24,000 nt of DNA from Azospirillum sp. RU38E (GCF_900188385.1 NZ_FZOI01000002.1:254542-278541); one strand, 5' to 3'. Numbered from the stretch's first letter, positions 1 to 8,763 are shown. Notes: generated from the letters alone by a model not told the origin. Program-made: numbers and translations.

Positions 1-400
1 TCAGCCATTCATATTTGCCGGCGGGCGCATGGAAGGCGGGGATGGTCATCAGGTAACGCGGGTCCGGCACCGACAGGCCCTTGTTATGCACGATGATGAC
101 CGCCCCATCATCGGTGCGCAGGGAATAGAGCGCATCCAGTTCCCGCACGCCATCGGGCCGGTCCAATTGCCAGTCGGCCCCGCCGGCCAACACCTCCCCC
201 TTGATGCCCTCCCCGGTGAAGCTGCCGCCGGTAATGGGGATGAAACGGCGCTTGCCATGGTCGCTGTCCCCCACCTCCACCGCCGGCGATATGGTGACAC
301 GGGCCTGCAGCACCAGCCGCAGGCTGGGGCTGGGAACGGCTTCATAAGCCTGAACACTGACGGGCCATAACAGCATCAGACAGAGCAACAGATATTTCAT
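1..400 (-). CDS. DUF3237-family protein with an N-terminal signal peptide. The C-terminus is truncated by the window edge.
   Basis: This gene is not in the ORF track because it has no stop inside the window. My hand translation from the ATG at 400..398 gives MKYLLLCLMLLWPVSVQAYEAVPSPSLRLVLQARVTISPAVEVGDSDHGKRRFIPITGGSFTGEGIKGEVLAGGADWQLDRPDGVRELDALYSLRTDDGAVIIVHNKGLSVPDPRYLMTIPAFHAPAGKYEWL.., still open at base 2. The hydrophobic leader ends in VQA. The body resembles the DUF3237/UPF0311 beta-barrel family (GKRRxIPITGGxFxG, ADWQ). Third codon positions are GC-rich. Confidence 0.7.
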   Translation of the reverse strand, partial: MKYLLLCLMLLWPVSVQAYEAVPSPSLRLVLQARVTISPAVEVGDSDHGKRRFIPITGGSFTGEGIKGEVLAGGADWQLDRPDGVRELDALYSLRTDDGAVIIVHNKGLSVPDPRYLMTIPAFHAPAGKYEWL

Positions 401-428
401 GGCATTACTCCCCCCTTTATACTTAGTC

Positions 429-452
429 CCGGTGATCGCAACCGATCACCGG
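429..452 (-). terminator. Perfect 10-bp stem hairpin just downstream of the carboxylesterase stop. It may be a terminator, but the U-tract is weak.
   Basis: CCGGTGATCG (429-438), loop CAAC, CGATCACCGG (443-452). It lies 10 nt past the stop of the minus-strand gene that ends at 462. No clean T-run follows on the minus strand. Confidence 0.3.
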
Positions 453-461
453 CCTCTGGCA

Positions 462-2042
462 TCAATCACGCACGCGCGATGGTGTGGCCGATGGTGGTGG
501 CGGTGCCTCCCACCCGGCCAGCAGGTCCAAAGTGCCATAACGCGGCCAATCCACCACCCGTACCTGTTCCCCCAGTTCCATCAGGCGCGGCCGCTTGGGA
601 TCGAACCGGGGCCAATCGGGGGCCGGCTTCCCGTCCTTGGCAAAGGATAGCAGCATGGTTTGCATCCGGGCTGCCAGTTCCAGGTCCAACGGTTGCCAGT
701 CGCGGGTGCGGCGGAACAGGTTCAGCGCCTCCAGCGTGCCCAGCCAATAGGGCACGTCGCCCGTGTGATAGGCCCCCACCGTGGCCGGGTCGTGATCGGC
801 GAAACGGATACCGTCTGTATAGGGATGGCGGCGGGTGAACAGCCAGATATAGGCGGGCTGCTTCTGTGCCTGTGCCCATGCCGCAACCTGCCGGCCAACC
901 GTGGCATCACGCTGAATATCGCTGATGGCACGGGGGATATCCGCCGGCGCGCTGACCGCATAGGCTTTCAACAGCTTGTCGGCGACGCTGGGGAAGGCTT
1001 GTTTCACCAGCGCCTGAAAGGCCGGGATATCGCTGGCACGGCCCAGGCTGCGGAAGCTTTCATCGCGGGTGAAGCCGATCATCACCGGCACATCGCTATG
1101 CCCGTCCCCCTGCATCGCCTGATCGGGCGGCAGGGGCAGTACCTTGCCATCCAGCACGATGGGGGAGCGGCGGGGCAGCGGCGTGGCGATGATCCGGTCC
1201 CCCGCGATGGCCCGCATATCGGCAAGGGAGCCCGCTTTCAGCGCCTCTTGCAGGCGCTGACCGTCGGCTTCGGCTTCCGCCAGCGGCAGGGGCGGCAGCA
1301 GGGCGCCAAAGGGGCTGCCGCTCATCCCGACTGCGCGATGGAATAGCCCCTTGGCCGCCGGGCTGGCCAGCAGCAGGCCGATGGACATGGAGCCGGCGGA
1401 CTGCCCCACCAGCGTGACATTACCCGGATCACCGCCAAAGCCAGCAATATTGTCGCGTACCCAGCGCAGCCCCTGGATTTGATCCATCAGGCCGTAATTG
1501 CCGGAATGCCCCCCGCCCTCCGCCGTCAGCTCAGGATGGGCGAGGAAACCCAGCGTGCCGACGCGGTAGGAAAGGGCGACATAGACCACCCCCTGCTTGG
1601 CCAGAAATTCCCCGGAATAATTGGGCATACTGGCAGAACCGACATTGAAGGCCCCGCCATAAATCCACACCATGACCGGATAGGGCTTGCCCGGCGGTGC
1701 CGGTTCTGCGGGGGCCCAGACATTCAGGTAAAGGCAATCCTCGCTGATCGCCTCATGCCCGAAATAATGGTTGATGCTGGACCCGCGCATGGGCTGCAGG
1801 CACATGGGCGCGAACCGGTCGGCATGGAATGTACCTTTCCAAGGGGCAACCGGCTGCGGCGGCCGCCAGCGCAGATCGCGCAGCGGCGGGGCGGCGAAGG
1901 GCACGCCCAGAAAGGCATTGACGCCGCTGTCCAGTACCTTGCCCTCGATCACCCCGCCCTCAACCTTCACGGTCTGGGCGAATGCTGCCAGGGGCAGGCA
2001 CAGGCAGGCAGCGCCCAATAACAGGCGCGACCAGATGGACAT
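462..2042 (-). CDS. Secreted carboxylesterase/lipase, type B (COesterase family, PnbA-like)
   Basis: 526-aa ORF with a signal peptide (MSIWSRLLLGAACLCLPLAAFAQ). The N-terminus is typical of type-B esterases (GVPFAAPPLRDLRWRPPQP, EDCLYLNVWAP). The nucleophile elbow is GQSAGS. A strong RBS (GGAGGAAAC) sits directly before the ATG. Confidence 0.9.
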   Translation of the reverse strand: MSIWSRLLLGAACLCLPLAAFAQTVKVEGGVIEGKVLDSGVNAFLGVPFAAPPLRDLRWRPPQPVAPWKGTFHADRFAPMCLQPMRGSSINHYFGHEAISEDCLYLNVWAPAEPAPPGKPYPVMVWIYGGAFNVGSASMPNYSGEFLAKQGVVYVALSYRVGTLGFLAHPELTAEGGGHSGNYGLMDQIQGLRWVRDNIAGFGGDPGNVTLVGQSAGSMSIGLLLASPAAKGLFHRAVGMSGSPFGALLPPLPLAEAEADGQRLQEALKAGSLADMRAIAGDRIIATPLPRRSPIVLDGKVLPLPPDQAMQGDGHSDVPVMIGFTRDESFRSLGRASDIPAFQALVKQAFPSVADKLLKAYAVSAPADIPRAISDIQRDATVGRQVAAWAQAQKQPAYIWLFTRRHPYTDGIRFADHDPATVGAYHTGDVPYWLGTLEALNLFRRTRDWQPLDLELAARMQTMLLSFAKDGKPAPDWPRFDPKRPRLMELGEQVRVVDWPRYGTLDLLAGWEAPPPPSATPSRVRD

Positions 2043-2096
2043 GTTTCCTCCGTTATTCTGTTCTATTGATTCCTACCGGCGCTGTTGCCGCGCCCT

Positions 2097-3989
2097 TCAG
2101 TAAACCGTGTCGGTGTTGAACCGGGATTGCGCCGCCAGCCGCACGGCGGCATTGGCGGCGCCATAGGCGTCATAGCCACGCCGTTCGACAAATTCGAAAA
2201 AGAAGCGCTTGGCGAAAGCGCGGGAGTAAAGCTGGAAGAACTCCGCTTCCTCCGTCCGGTCATAAAGAATGTCGTGGGCGGCCAGCTTCTCCACCAGATC
2301 CGGGTCCAGGCCGAACCGGGCCTCGATATCATCATAATAGTTGCGGGGGATGGGCAGCCGTTCCAGCCCGCGTTCCTGCAACGCCCGGGCGGTGGCGAAA
2401 ATATCGCCGGTGGACAGGGCCACATGCTGCACACCGGCCCCCAGATAATGGTTCAGGAAGCGGGAGGTGAGCGTCTGTGCGGCGGCCGAGCCATTCAGGG
2501 TGACCCGGAAAGACCGGTCGGCATTCTCAATGGCCTGACTGTGGACGATGCCCAGCGGATCGGCGATTTCCAGCTGCGGTGTCTTGGTCACGTCGAACAG
2601 CGCGAAATAATACAGCAGCCAGGACAGGAATTCCTCATACCCCATGGCCTGGGCGATATGGTCAATCCGGGTCAGGCCGGTGCCGGCGACCGGCGCTTCG
2701 CTCAAGGGGACGAAATCATTGCGCCAGACTTGGTCCTGTGTGCCGTCTTCGATGAAATAGATCAGGCTGCCGCCCACCCCGCGCACGCAGGGAATATCCA
2801 TTTCCCCCGGTCCCACCGCCTGGGCGAAGCGCGGGATGTGCAGGCTGTCGGCACGGGCCAGGGCTGCCGGCACATCCCGCACCCGCAGCGCCAATGCACA
2901 GACAGAGGCACCATGCATGATGGAATGGCTATGGGCGAAACCCTCGGTTTCCCCATTCACCACAATATTGATGTCGCCTTGCTGCCAGCGGGTGACGGCC
3001 TTGCTGACATGCCGCCCCACGGGCTCAAACCCCATGCTGGCCAGCATGATGCCCAGCGGCCCCACCTCTTCCTCCGTGGCGGCGAATTCGATGAATTCCA
3101 CGCCGCGCACATCGATGCGCGGCGGCATGGTGGCGGGGCGTTTCAGCTTCGCCAGCGCCTCATCCTCCACCAGCTTCAAGGATCGATAGCCATCCAGGGC
3201 GATGCCGGAGGCTGACCCCGCCCGGAACCGGTCGTTGAAAATTTCCAGCGACAGCGGCCCGCGATAGCCGATGGCGATCAAGGCCCGCACATAATCGGTA
3301 ATGGGCAGGTCGCCCTGGCCCGGCATATTGCGGAAATGCCGGCTCCAATACAGGTGATCCATATCCAGGCGCGGGGCATCGGCAATCTGCACGATGAACA
3401 GCTTGGCCGGGTCGATATCGCGGATGCTGTCGATGGGGACATTGCGCGCCAGTGAATGGAAACTGTCCAGGATCAGGCCGATATGCGGGTGATTGGCGCG
3501 GTGGACGATATCCCAGGCATCCCGATGGTCATGCACATGCCGGCCCCAGGCCAGCGCCTCATACCCCACGCGCAGGCCGCGCGCGGCAGCAAGGTCACCC
3601 AGCTCCCGGAAATCATCAACGATGCGCCCGCGTTCCGGCAGGGATTGCGGGGAGACGTTGGAGCAGACCAGCAGCAGGTCGGTGCCCAGTTCCGCCATCA
3701 CATCGAACTTGCGCAACATCCGCTCAAACGTCCGGGTGCGCAGCGTGCCGGGCATCCCCTCGAAATCGCGGAAGGGCTGGAACATGGTGATGCTCAGCCC
3801 CAGATCGGCGGCGATGCGCCGTACATCGGCCGGCCGGCCATCAAAGGTCAGCAGATCATTTTCAAAGATCTCCACACCGTCAAAACCAGCCGCCGCTGCC
3901 GCTTCCAGCTTGCCGGTCAGGGTACCGCTGATTGATACGGTGGCGATGGATTTCGCCAGGCCACCGGCCGGCATATCCGCCCGTTCCAT
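2097..3989 (-). CDS. quiC: 3-dehydroshikimate dehydratase of the fused QuiC1 type: an N-terminal xylose-isomerase-like TIM barrel plus a C-terminal 4-hydroxyphenylpyruvate-dioxygenase-like (VOC) domain
   Basis: 630-aa ORF. The N-terminal part (ATVSISGTL..KLEAAAAAGFDGVEIFENDL) is the sugar-phosphate isomerase/epimerase fold. The C-terminal ~330 aa (VEFIEFAATEEE.., HIAQAMGYEE, GVQHVALSTGDIF) is HPPD-like. It is divergent from aroQ and a shikimate dehydrogenase. The RBS GGGAGGGG precedes the ATG. Confidence 0.85.
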   Translation of the reverse strand: MERADMPAGGLAKSIATVSISGTLTGKLEAAAAAGFDGVEIFENDLLTFDGRPADVRRIAADLGLSITMFQPFRDFEGMPGTLRTRTFERMLRKFDVMAELGTDLLLVCSNVSPQSLPERGRIVDDFRELGDLAAARGLRVGYEALAWGRHVHDHRDAWDIVHRANHPHIGLILDSFHSLARNVPIDSIRDIDPAKLFIVQIADAPRLDMDHLYWSRHFRNMPGQGDLPITDYVRALIAIGYRGPLSLEIFNDRFRAGSASGIALDGYRSLKLVEDEALAKLKRPATMPPRIDVRGVEFIEFAATEEEVGPLGIMLASMGFEPVGRHVSKAVTRWQQGDINIVVNGETEGFAHSHSIMHGASVCALALRVRDVPAALARADSLHIPRFAQAVGPGEMDIPCVRGVGGSLIYFIEDGTQDQVWRNDFVPLSEAPVAGTGLTRIDHIAQAMGYEEFLSWLLYYFALFDVTKTPQLEIADPLGIVHSQAIENADRSFRVTLNGSAAAQTLTSRFLNHYLGAGVQHVALSTGDIFATARALQERGLERLPIPRNYYDDIEARFGLDPDLVEKLAAHDILYDRTEEAEFFQLYSRAFAKRFFFEFVERRGYDAYGAANAAVRLAAQSRFNTDTVY

Positions 3990-4045
3990 GTCCCCTCCCT
4001 GTCTTGTCTGATGCTGATTATCGGGTCGTGAAAGACGCGCCTTGA

Positions 4046-4075
4046 CGTGAACGTACTATTTCGTACACATTCACG
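4046..4075. promoter_or_regulatory. Candidate operator in the quiC / aroQ divergent intergenic region
   Basis: Imperfect palindrome CGTGAACGT-N12-ACATTCACG with 9-nt arms and one mismatch. It encloses a direct CGTAC..CGTAC pair. A third CGTGAA half-site lies at 4027-4032. The element sits in the 130-bp spacer between divergent starts and overlaps a TTGACG -35-like hexamer at 4042-4047. Confidence 0.35.
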
Positions 4076-4119
4076 CAACGGCCAATCCCATGGCCTGATC
4101 CACGATAAACACATCGCCT

Positions 4120-4605
4120 TTGCCGGGCGCAGGGGGAAACTTGCCAGACCCTGTGGAACGAAAGCCTGTTCACATCCTGAACGGCCCCAACCTGAATTTG
4201 CTGGGCACGCGGGAGCCGGAAAAATACGGTCGCCGCACCCTGGCCGATATCGAAGAAAGCTGTCGCCAGCACGGGCAGGCGCTGGGCCTGACGGTGCTCT
4301 GCCGGCAGAGCAACCATGAAGGGATGTTGATCGACTGGATCCATGCCGCCCGCACAGAGGCGGCGGGGATCATCATCAATCCCGGCGCATACACTCACAC
4401 CTCCATCGCCATCATGGATGCGCTGCTGGCCTGCGCCATCCCGGTGGTGGAGGTGCATCTGACCAATATCCACCGGCGGGAAGCCTTCCGGCACCATTCC
4501 TATGTGTCGCTGGCGGCCACGGGTGTCATCTGCGGCCTTGGGGCCGACGGATATCTGGCCGCCCTCAGCTTTCTTGGCAACCGAAGGGGGAACAGCCCAT
4601 CATGA
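4120..4605 (+). CDS. aroQ: Type II 3-dehydroquinate dehydratase
   Basis: Hallmark N-terminus [21 protein letters not shown] and downstream [23 protein letters not shown]. The start is uncertain. The track start at 4120 is TTG, and in-frame TTG 4141 (just after GGGGGA) and GTG 4153 would give a more typical length. The stop overlaps the next gene by 4 nt (ATGA). Confidence 0.9.
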   Translation: MPGAGGNLPDPVERKPVHILNGPNLNLLGTREPEKYGRRTLADIEESCRQHGQALGLTVLCRQSNHEGMLIDWIHAARTEAAGIIINPGAYTHTSIAIMDALLACAIPVVEVHLTNIHRREAFRHHSYVSLAATGVICGLGADGYLAALSFLGNRRGNSPS

Positions 4606-5453
4606 GCGGGAAATCCATCCTCGCCGGCCTGATCGGATCAGGGATCCAGGCATCCCTGACGCCCCGGATGCATGAACGGGAAGGGGCCCGGCAGGGCCTG
4701 CGCTATGTCTATCGCCTGATCGACCTGAAGCAGTTGCACCTGGATGTCTCAGCCCTGCCGGATCTGCTGGCCGGGGCGCAGCGCTTCGGTTTCAACGGTC
4801 TGAACATCACGCATCCCTGCAAGCAGGCCATCATCCCGCTGCTGGATGAGCTGTCGCCAGAGGCGGCCGCCATCGGTGCCGTCAATACCGTCGTCCTGAA
4901 GGATGGCCGCAAGACCGGCCACAATACCGACTGGTGGGGCTTTGCGGAGGGGTTCCGCCGGGGCCTGCCCGATGCCGATCTGCGCCAGGTGGTGCAGCTG
5001 GGGGCGGGTGGGGCCGGGGCCGCTGTCGGCTATGCGCTGCTGCGCCTGGGCGTGGAGCACTTATCGATCTTTGATGTGCAGATGGAACGCGCAGCAGAAC
5101 TGGCCAGCCGGTTGAACAGCCTGTTAGGTGAGGGGCGCGCCACGGCCGTGTCGACGCCCGATACCGCCATTCCCCAGGCCTATGGGCTGGTGAACACCAC
5201 CCCGCGCGGCATGGCCGATTATCCGGGCCTGCCCGTGGCGGCGGAACTGTTGCGTCCCGACCTCTGGGTGGCGGAGATCATCTATTTCCCCATCGAAACC
5301 GCGCTGCTGCGCGCGGCGCGGCAGCGGGGATGCCGCACCCTGGATGGCGGCGGCATGGCTTTGTTCCAGGCCGTGGGCGCCTTCGGGCTTTTCACCGGCA
5401 TGGAACCGAATGCCGGTGACATGGGGGCCGATTTCAAGGCAATGCTGGGGTGA
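4602..5453 (+). CDS. Shikimate/quinate 5-dehydrogenase family protein (AroE/YdiB-like), probably catabolic
   Basis: 283 aa with family motifs [28 protein letters not shown] and the Rossmann segment [10 protein letters not shown]. It is translationally coupled to aroQ. Confidence 0.85.
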   Translation: MSGKSILAGLIGSGIQASLTPRMHEREGARQGLRYVYRLIDLKQLHLDVSALPDLLAGAQRFGFNGLNITHPCKQAIIPLLDELSPEAAAIGAVNTVVLKDGRKTGHNTDWWGFAEGFRRGLPDADLRQVVQLGAGGAGAAVGYALLRLGVEHLSIFDVQMERAAELASRLNSLLGEGRATAVSTPDTAIPQAYGLVNTTPRGMADYPGLPVAAELLRPDLWVAEIIYFPIETALLRAARQRGCRTLDGGGMALFQAVGAFGLFTGMEPNAGDMGADFKAMLG

Positions 5454-5538
5454 AAGCCGGCGACTGCCGGCCCGCCGCTTGGTAGCGGCGTGAGCCCAAG
5501 CCCGCGGATGCGGGCGCCCGGCGATTGAGGGAACAGGA

Positions 5539-5572
5539 AATCCTCCTGGATCGGTCACGATCAAGGAGGATT
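5539..5572 (+). other. Strong RNA hairpin in the dehydrogenase-transporter spacer that pairs an SD-like AAGGAGGA with CCTCCT
   Basis: AATCCTCCTGGATCG (5539-5553), loop GTCA, CGATCAAGGAGGATT (5558-5572). 14 of 15 positions pair, with one G/A mismatch. Three small GC hairpins lie at about 5461-5516. No T-tract follows. Confidence 0.35.
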
Positions 5573-5631
5573 GGGATAAATCCCGCGACGGGGCCCGATA
5601 GAAGGCCATGCGCGGATCAGGGAGGAAGAGA

Positions 5632-6969
5632 ATGTTGAAGAAGCCGGGCCCGGCGATCGATCGGGCCAGTGCGGCCTTCCAGGCGCGCGTCGCCGCCCTG
5701 GAAGCCGCCCCCATGGGCCCCACACGCCTGACCGTGGTGCTGCTCTGCTTTGTCCTGAACCTGCTGGACGGGGTGGATGTGGTGCTGCTGACCTATGCGG
5801 CCCCCGTCATCGCCCAGGAATGGGGGTTGAAGGATGGGGCGCTGGGCATCGTGCTGACGGCCAGCCTGTTGGGCACGGCCTTTGGCTCCATGCTGATGGG
5901 TCCCCTGGCCGATATGATCGGCCGGCGCAAGGTGGTGCTGATCGCCATCACCCTGATCGGGACCGGCATGTTACTGGCCGCCACCGCGCATGACATGCTG
6001 ATGCTGGCGATCTGGCGCGTGGTGACGGGGGTGGGGATCGGCGCCATCCTGGCTTCCATGGCCTCCATCACGTCGGAATTTTCCAACGCCAAACTGCGCA
6101 GCTTCTGGGTGGCCTTCCTGCAGGCGGGCTGGCCCATTGGTGCCATCATCACCGGCTTTGCCTCAGCCGTGCTGATCCAGGCCTATGGCTGGAAGCCGCT
6201 TTTCTTCGGTTCCGGCCTGCTGTCGGTCTTCATCCTGCCGCTGGTGGCCTGGTTGATGCCGGAATCCTTGCAGTTTCTGGCCAAACAGGCGGCACCAGAC
6301 CGGTTGGAACGGATGAACCAGTTGCTGGTCAAGCTGGGCCAACCACCGCTGGCGGAGGCACCGCCATTGCCGGAGAAGCGCGGCGTGAAGCTGTCAGCCC
6401 TGTTTGAAGGGCATCTGGCCCGTTCCACCCCCGCCTTGTGGCTGGGCATGACCATGGGCTGGGCCGGGCTTTATTTTCTGATCAGCTGGATTCCGCGTAT
6501 CGCGGTCAATGCCGGGCTGGCGCTGGATCAGGCTATCATGGCCGGTGCTACCTTCAATATCGGCGCCTTCATCGGCAGTGCCGGCATTGGCCTGCTGGCC
6601 ACGCGCCTGCCGCTGAACCGCCTGATCCCCGTCTTTCTGGGCAGTGCCACGCTGCTGATGCTGCTGTTCGGATGGGTTTCCATGCCCATTGCCGCCACCT
6701 TTGCCACGATCCTGGCGCTGGGGGTGCTGGTGCAGGGTGGCTTCAACGCCTTTTACCCAACGGCAGCCCAGCTTTACCCCACCGAAATCCGCACCACCGG
6801 GATTGGCACCGCCATGGCCGTGGGGCGCAGCGGTGCCATTCTGGGCCCGCTGGCAGCAGGTTACCTGATGGAGATCGGCACGGACCGGGGCCTGCTGTTC
6901 CTGATCTATGCCGTACCGCTGGCCATCGCGGCAGCGGCGGCTTGGCGGGTGTCATCCAGGCCCGTCTGA
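5632..6969 (+). CDS. MFS transporter, aromatic-acid:H+ symporter-like (PcaK/shikimate-transporter type)
   Basis: About 12 predicted hydrophobic helices. MFS motif A is present (GPLADMIGRRKV). It is co-directional with the qui genes. I prefer the ATG at 5632, preceded by GGGAGGAAGAG, over the track ATG at 5608. Confidence 0.85.
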   Translation: MLKKPGPAIDRASAAFQARVAALEAAPMGPTRLTVVLLCFVLNLLDGVDVVLLTYAAPVIAQEWGLKDGALGIVLTASLLGTAFGSMLMGPLADMIGRRKVVLIAITLIGTGMLLAATAHDMLMLAIWRVVTGVGIGAILASMASITSEFSNAKLRSFWVAFLQAGWPIGAIITGFASAVLIQAYGWKPLFFGSGLLSVFILPLVAWLMPESLQFLAKQAAPDRLERMNQLLVKLGQPPLAEAPPLPEKRGVKLSALFEGHLARSTPALWLGMTMGWAGLYFLISWIPRIAVNAGLALDQAIMAGATFNIGAFIGSAGIGLLATRLPLNRLIPVFLGSATLLMLLFGWVSMPIAATFATILALGVLVQGGFNAFYPTAAQLYPTEIRTTGIGTAMAVGRSGAILGPLAAGYLMEIGTDRGLLFLIYAVPLAIAAAAAWRVSSRPV

Positions 6970-7039
6970 TCAAGCCCCTGCATTGACTATCTTCTGCGCC
7001 AGCCCTGACGGCGTGCCAAACCCCTGCGTCAGGAACCGT

Positions 7040-8638
7040 CTATGACCTGCACGCTTCCCAGGTCAGGCTGAATCGAGCGAGATATTTGCGCAGGCGATCG
7101 GCATCATTCACGCTTTTGCGGGCGATACGCGAGGCACTGAAGAGTACCCGGCCGGCCTCGCTCACTGACCGGCTCTCCCGGCAGATCCGAACAACCAAGG
7201 CTAACTGACAGCGGTCGAACAGGTCGATCCCGGCCAACGCTTCCCGCCCAAGCAACGCCTCCAGCTCGTCATCGACCGGACCTGTGCCGACCCCACGCCA
7301 GCGACGTTGGAGGCCGGCGATCTCATCCCCCACTATGTCGGCGTTGATACGCCCAGCCGGGGCAAGGGTGGCCATGCGGGTGATGCTGGCGGAGAGGTCG
7401 CGGAAATTGCCGGTCCAGGGTGTGGCCGCATCGGCGGCGAAGGATAAGTAAAGACGCCGGGCCTCCGCGTTGAAGGTGGCCTGAATGCCCTCACGGGCCG
7501 CGAACCGGTCCAGCTCAAAGTCCAGGTTGGGTTCGATATCCTCCCGCCGGTCTGCCAATCCCGGCAGTTCGAAGGTCCAGAGGTTCAGGCGCGCAAATAA
7601 ATCCTCCCGAAAAAGGCCCTGGCTGACCTGGGCTCCCAGATCGCGGTTGGTCCCGGCGATCAGTTGGAAATCGCTTTCTACCTCCTTGTCCGACCCGACG
7701 GGCAGGAAACGCTTATCCTCCACTGCGCGCAGGATCATGGCTTGTTCGTCCGGGCCCAGTTCCCCGATTTCATCCAGGAACAACATGCCCTTGTCTGCGG
7801 CGCGCAACAGGCCGGGCCGGTCGGTGGCAGCCCCTGTGAAAGCCCCTTTACGGTGACCGAACAGGGCGGACATGGCGCTGTCCCCGCGCAGGGTGGCGCA
7901 GTTCACCTCCACAAAGGGGCCGGCAATCTGATGTTGCTGGCGCTTCAGGTCATAGATGCGCCGGGCCAGTTGCGATTTTCCGGCCCCGGTCGGCCCCTGT
8001 AACAGGATGGGAGCACGCGACCGGATCGCCACCTGTTCGATCCGATCAATCATACGGTTGAAGGCGGCATTGCGGGTGGCGATACCGGATTTCAGGAAGG
8101 ATGTCGCCTCCCGCGCCTGGGCCTGAAAACGGGTGGCGATGCTGTCATAGCGCGACAGGTCCAGATCAATGACGCTGACCCGTCCCGCCGCCACGGCCTT
8201 GCTCGCCTTGTCCGGGCTGGATTGCAGCAGACGTCCGGGCAGGAAGCGCGCTTCTGTTAACAGAAACAGGCAAATCTGCACCACGTGTGTGCCCGTGGTG
8301 ATGTGGATCAGATAATCCTCGGTCTCCGGATCAAACGGGTAGGAGCGCGCGAAATCCAGCAACTTCCCATAGACCTCCTCAAAGTCCCACGGATTACGCA
8401 TCGCTGTGATGTGGGACCGCACCTCGGTCCCCGGAGACACTGAGCCGATATCCCTGGTCACCTGCTCGGCCAGTCCCTGGCTGTGCAGATCATGCAACAG
8501 TTCGAAACGGTCGATCAGCAGATCATCCTGCATGCAGATGCCGATGGACGGGCGCCAGCGGCTCCATCGGTCTTTGCCCTTACTGACAAAGTCCAGGACG
8601 GTACCCAGGAAGCCGATGACCACCGTGCGCTTCATCAT
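7040..8638 (-). CDS. rtcR: Sigma-54-dependent transcriptional activator RtcR (CARF-type N-terminal sensor, AAA+ domain, HTH)
   Basis: 532 aa. The N-terminus MKRTVVIGFLGTVLD..RWRPSI is typical of RtcR. It also has Walker A GPTGAGKS, the sigma-54 contact loop GAFTGA and Walker B LFLDEIGEL. It is divergent from rtcB. Confidence 0.9.
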   Translation of the reverse strand: MMKRTVVIGFLGTVLDFVSKGKDRWSRWRPSIGICMQDDLLIDRFELLHDLHSQGLAEQVTRDIGSVSPGTEVRSHITAMRNPWDFEEVYGKLLDFARSYPFDPETEDYLIHITTGTHVVQICLFLLTEARFLPGRLLQSSPDKASKAVAAGRVSVIDLDLSRYDSIATRFQAQAREATSFLKSGIATRNAAFNRMIDRIEQVAIRSRAPILLQGPTGAGKSQLARRIYDLKRQQHQIAGPFVEVNCATLRGDSAMSALFGHRKGAFTGAATDRPGLLRAADKGMLFLDEIGELGPDEQAMILRAVEDKRFLPVGSDKEVESDFQLIAGTNRDLGAQVSQGLFREDLFARLNLWTFELPGLADRREDIEPNLDFELDRFAAREGIQATFNAEARRLYLSFAADAATPWTGNFRDLSASITRMATLAPAGRINADIVGDEIAGLQRRWRGVGTGPVDDELEALLGREALAGIDLFDRCQLALVVRICRESRSVSEAGRVLFSASRIARKSVNDADRLRKYLARFSLTWEACRS

Positions 8639-8686
8639 TCTTATCCAATTTTATAAAAACGATATAAATATATCATCCATCTGACA

Positions 8687-8752
8687 GGTCGGAAACGGCA
8701 TCCCACCGTTCGGTACCCAGCATTTCCGCCATTTGCAGAAAATTTTCCGACC
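8687..8752. promoter_or_regulatory. Candidate upstream activator sites: inverted GGTCGGAAA / TTTCCGACC arms plus an internal TTTCCG copy
   Basis: GGTCGGAAA at 8687-8695 and its exact reverse complement TTTCCGACC at 8744-8752. A further TTTCCG lies at 8723-8728. All are between rtcR and the -24 element of rtcB. Confidence 0.25.
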
Positions 8753-8763
8753 GGCCAGGTGCT

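Noticed and set aside
1034-1049. A second TGGCAC-N..-GC match (TGGCACGGCCCAGGCT) with correct GG-N10-GC spacing
   Set aside because: It lies inside the carboxylesterase coding region on the antisense strand, and nothing downstream could be driven by it. This is most likely a chance match in GC-rich DNA.
2085-3215. 376-aa + strand ORF antisense to quiC. Similar antisense ORFs occur at 660-1346, 1479-2021, 3456-4011, 18496-19299 and 19388-20173.
   Set aside because: All of them overlap genes with clear family signatures on the opposite strand. Their translations are compositionally biased (R, G, P, A, H, Q) with no recognisable motifs. I treat them as GC-driven artefacts.
7004-7033. Hairpin CCTGACG-N16-CGTCAGG between the convergent MFS and rtcR genes as a terminator
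   Set aside because: The stem is only 7 bp, the loop is 16 nt and there is no T-tract on either strand. This is too weak to call as a feature.
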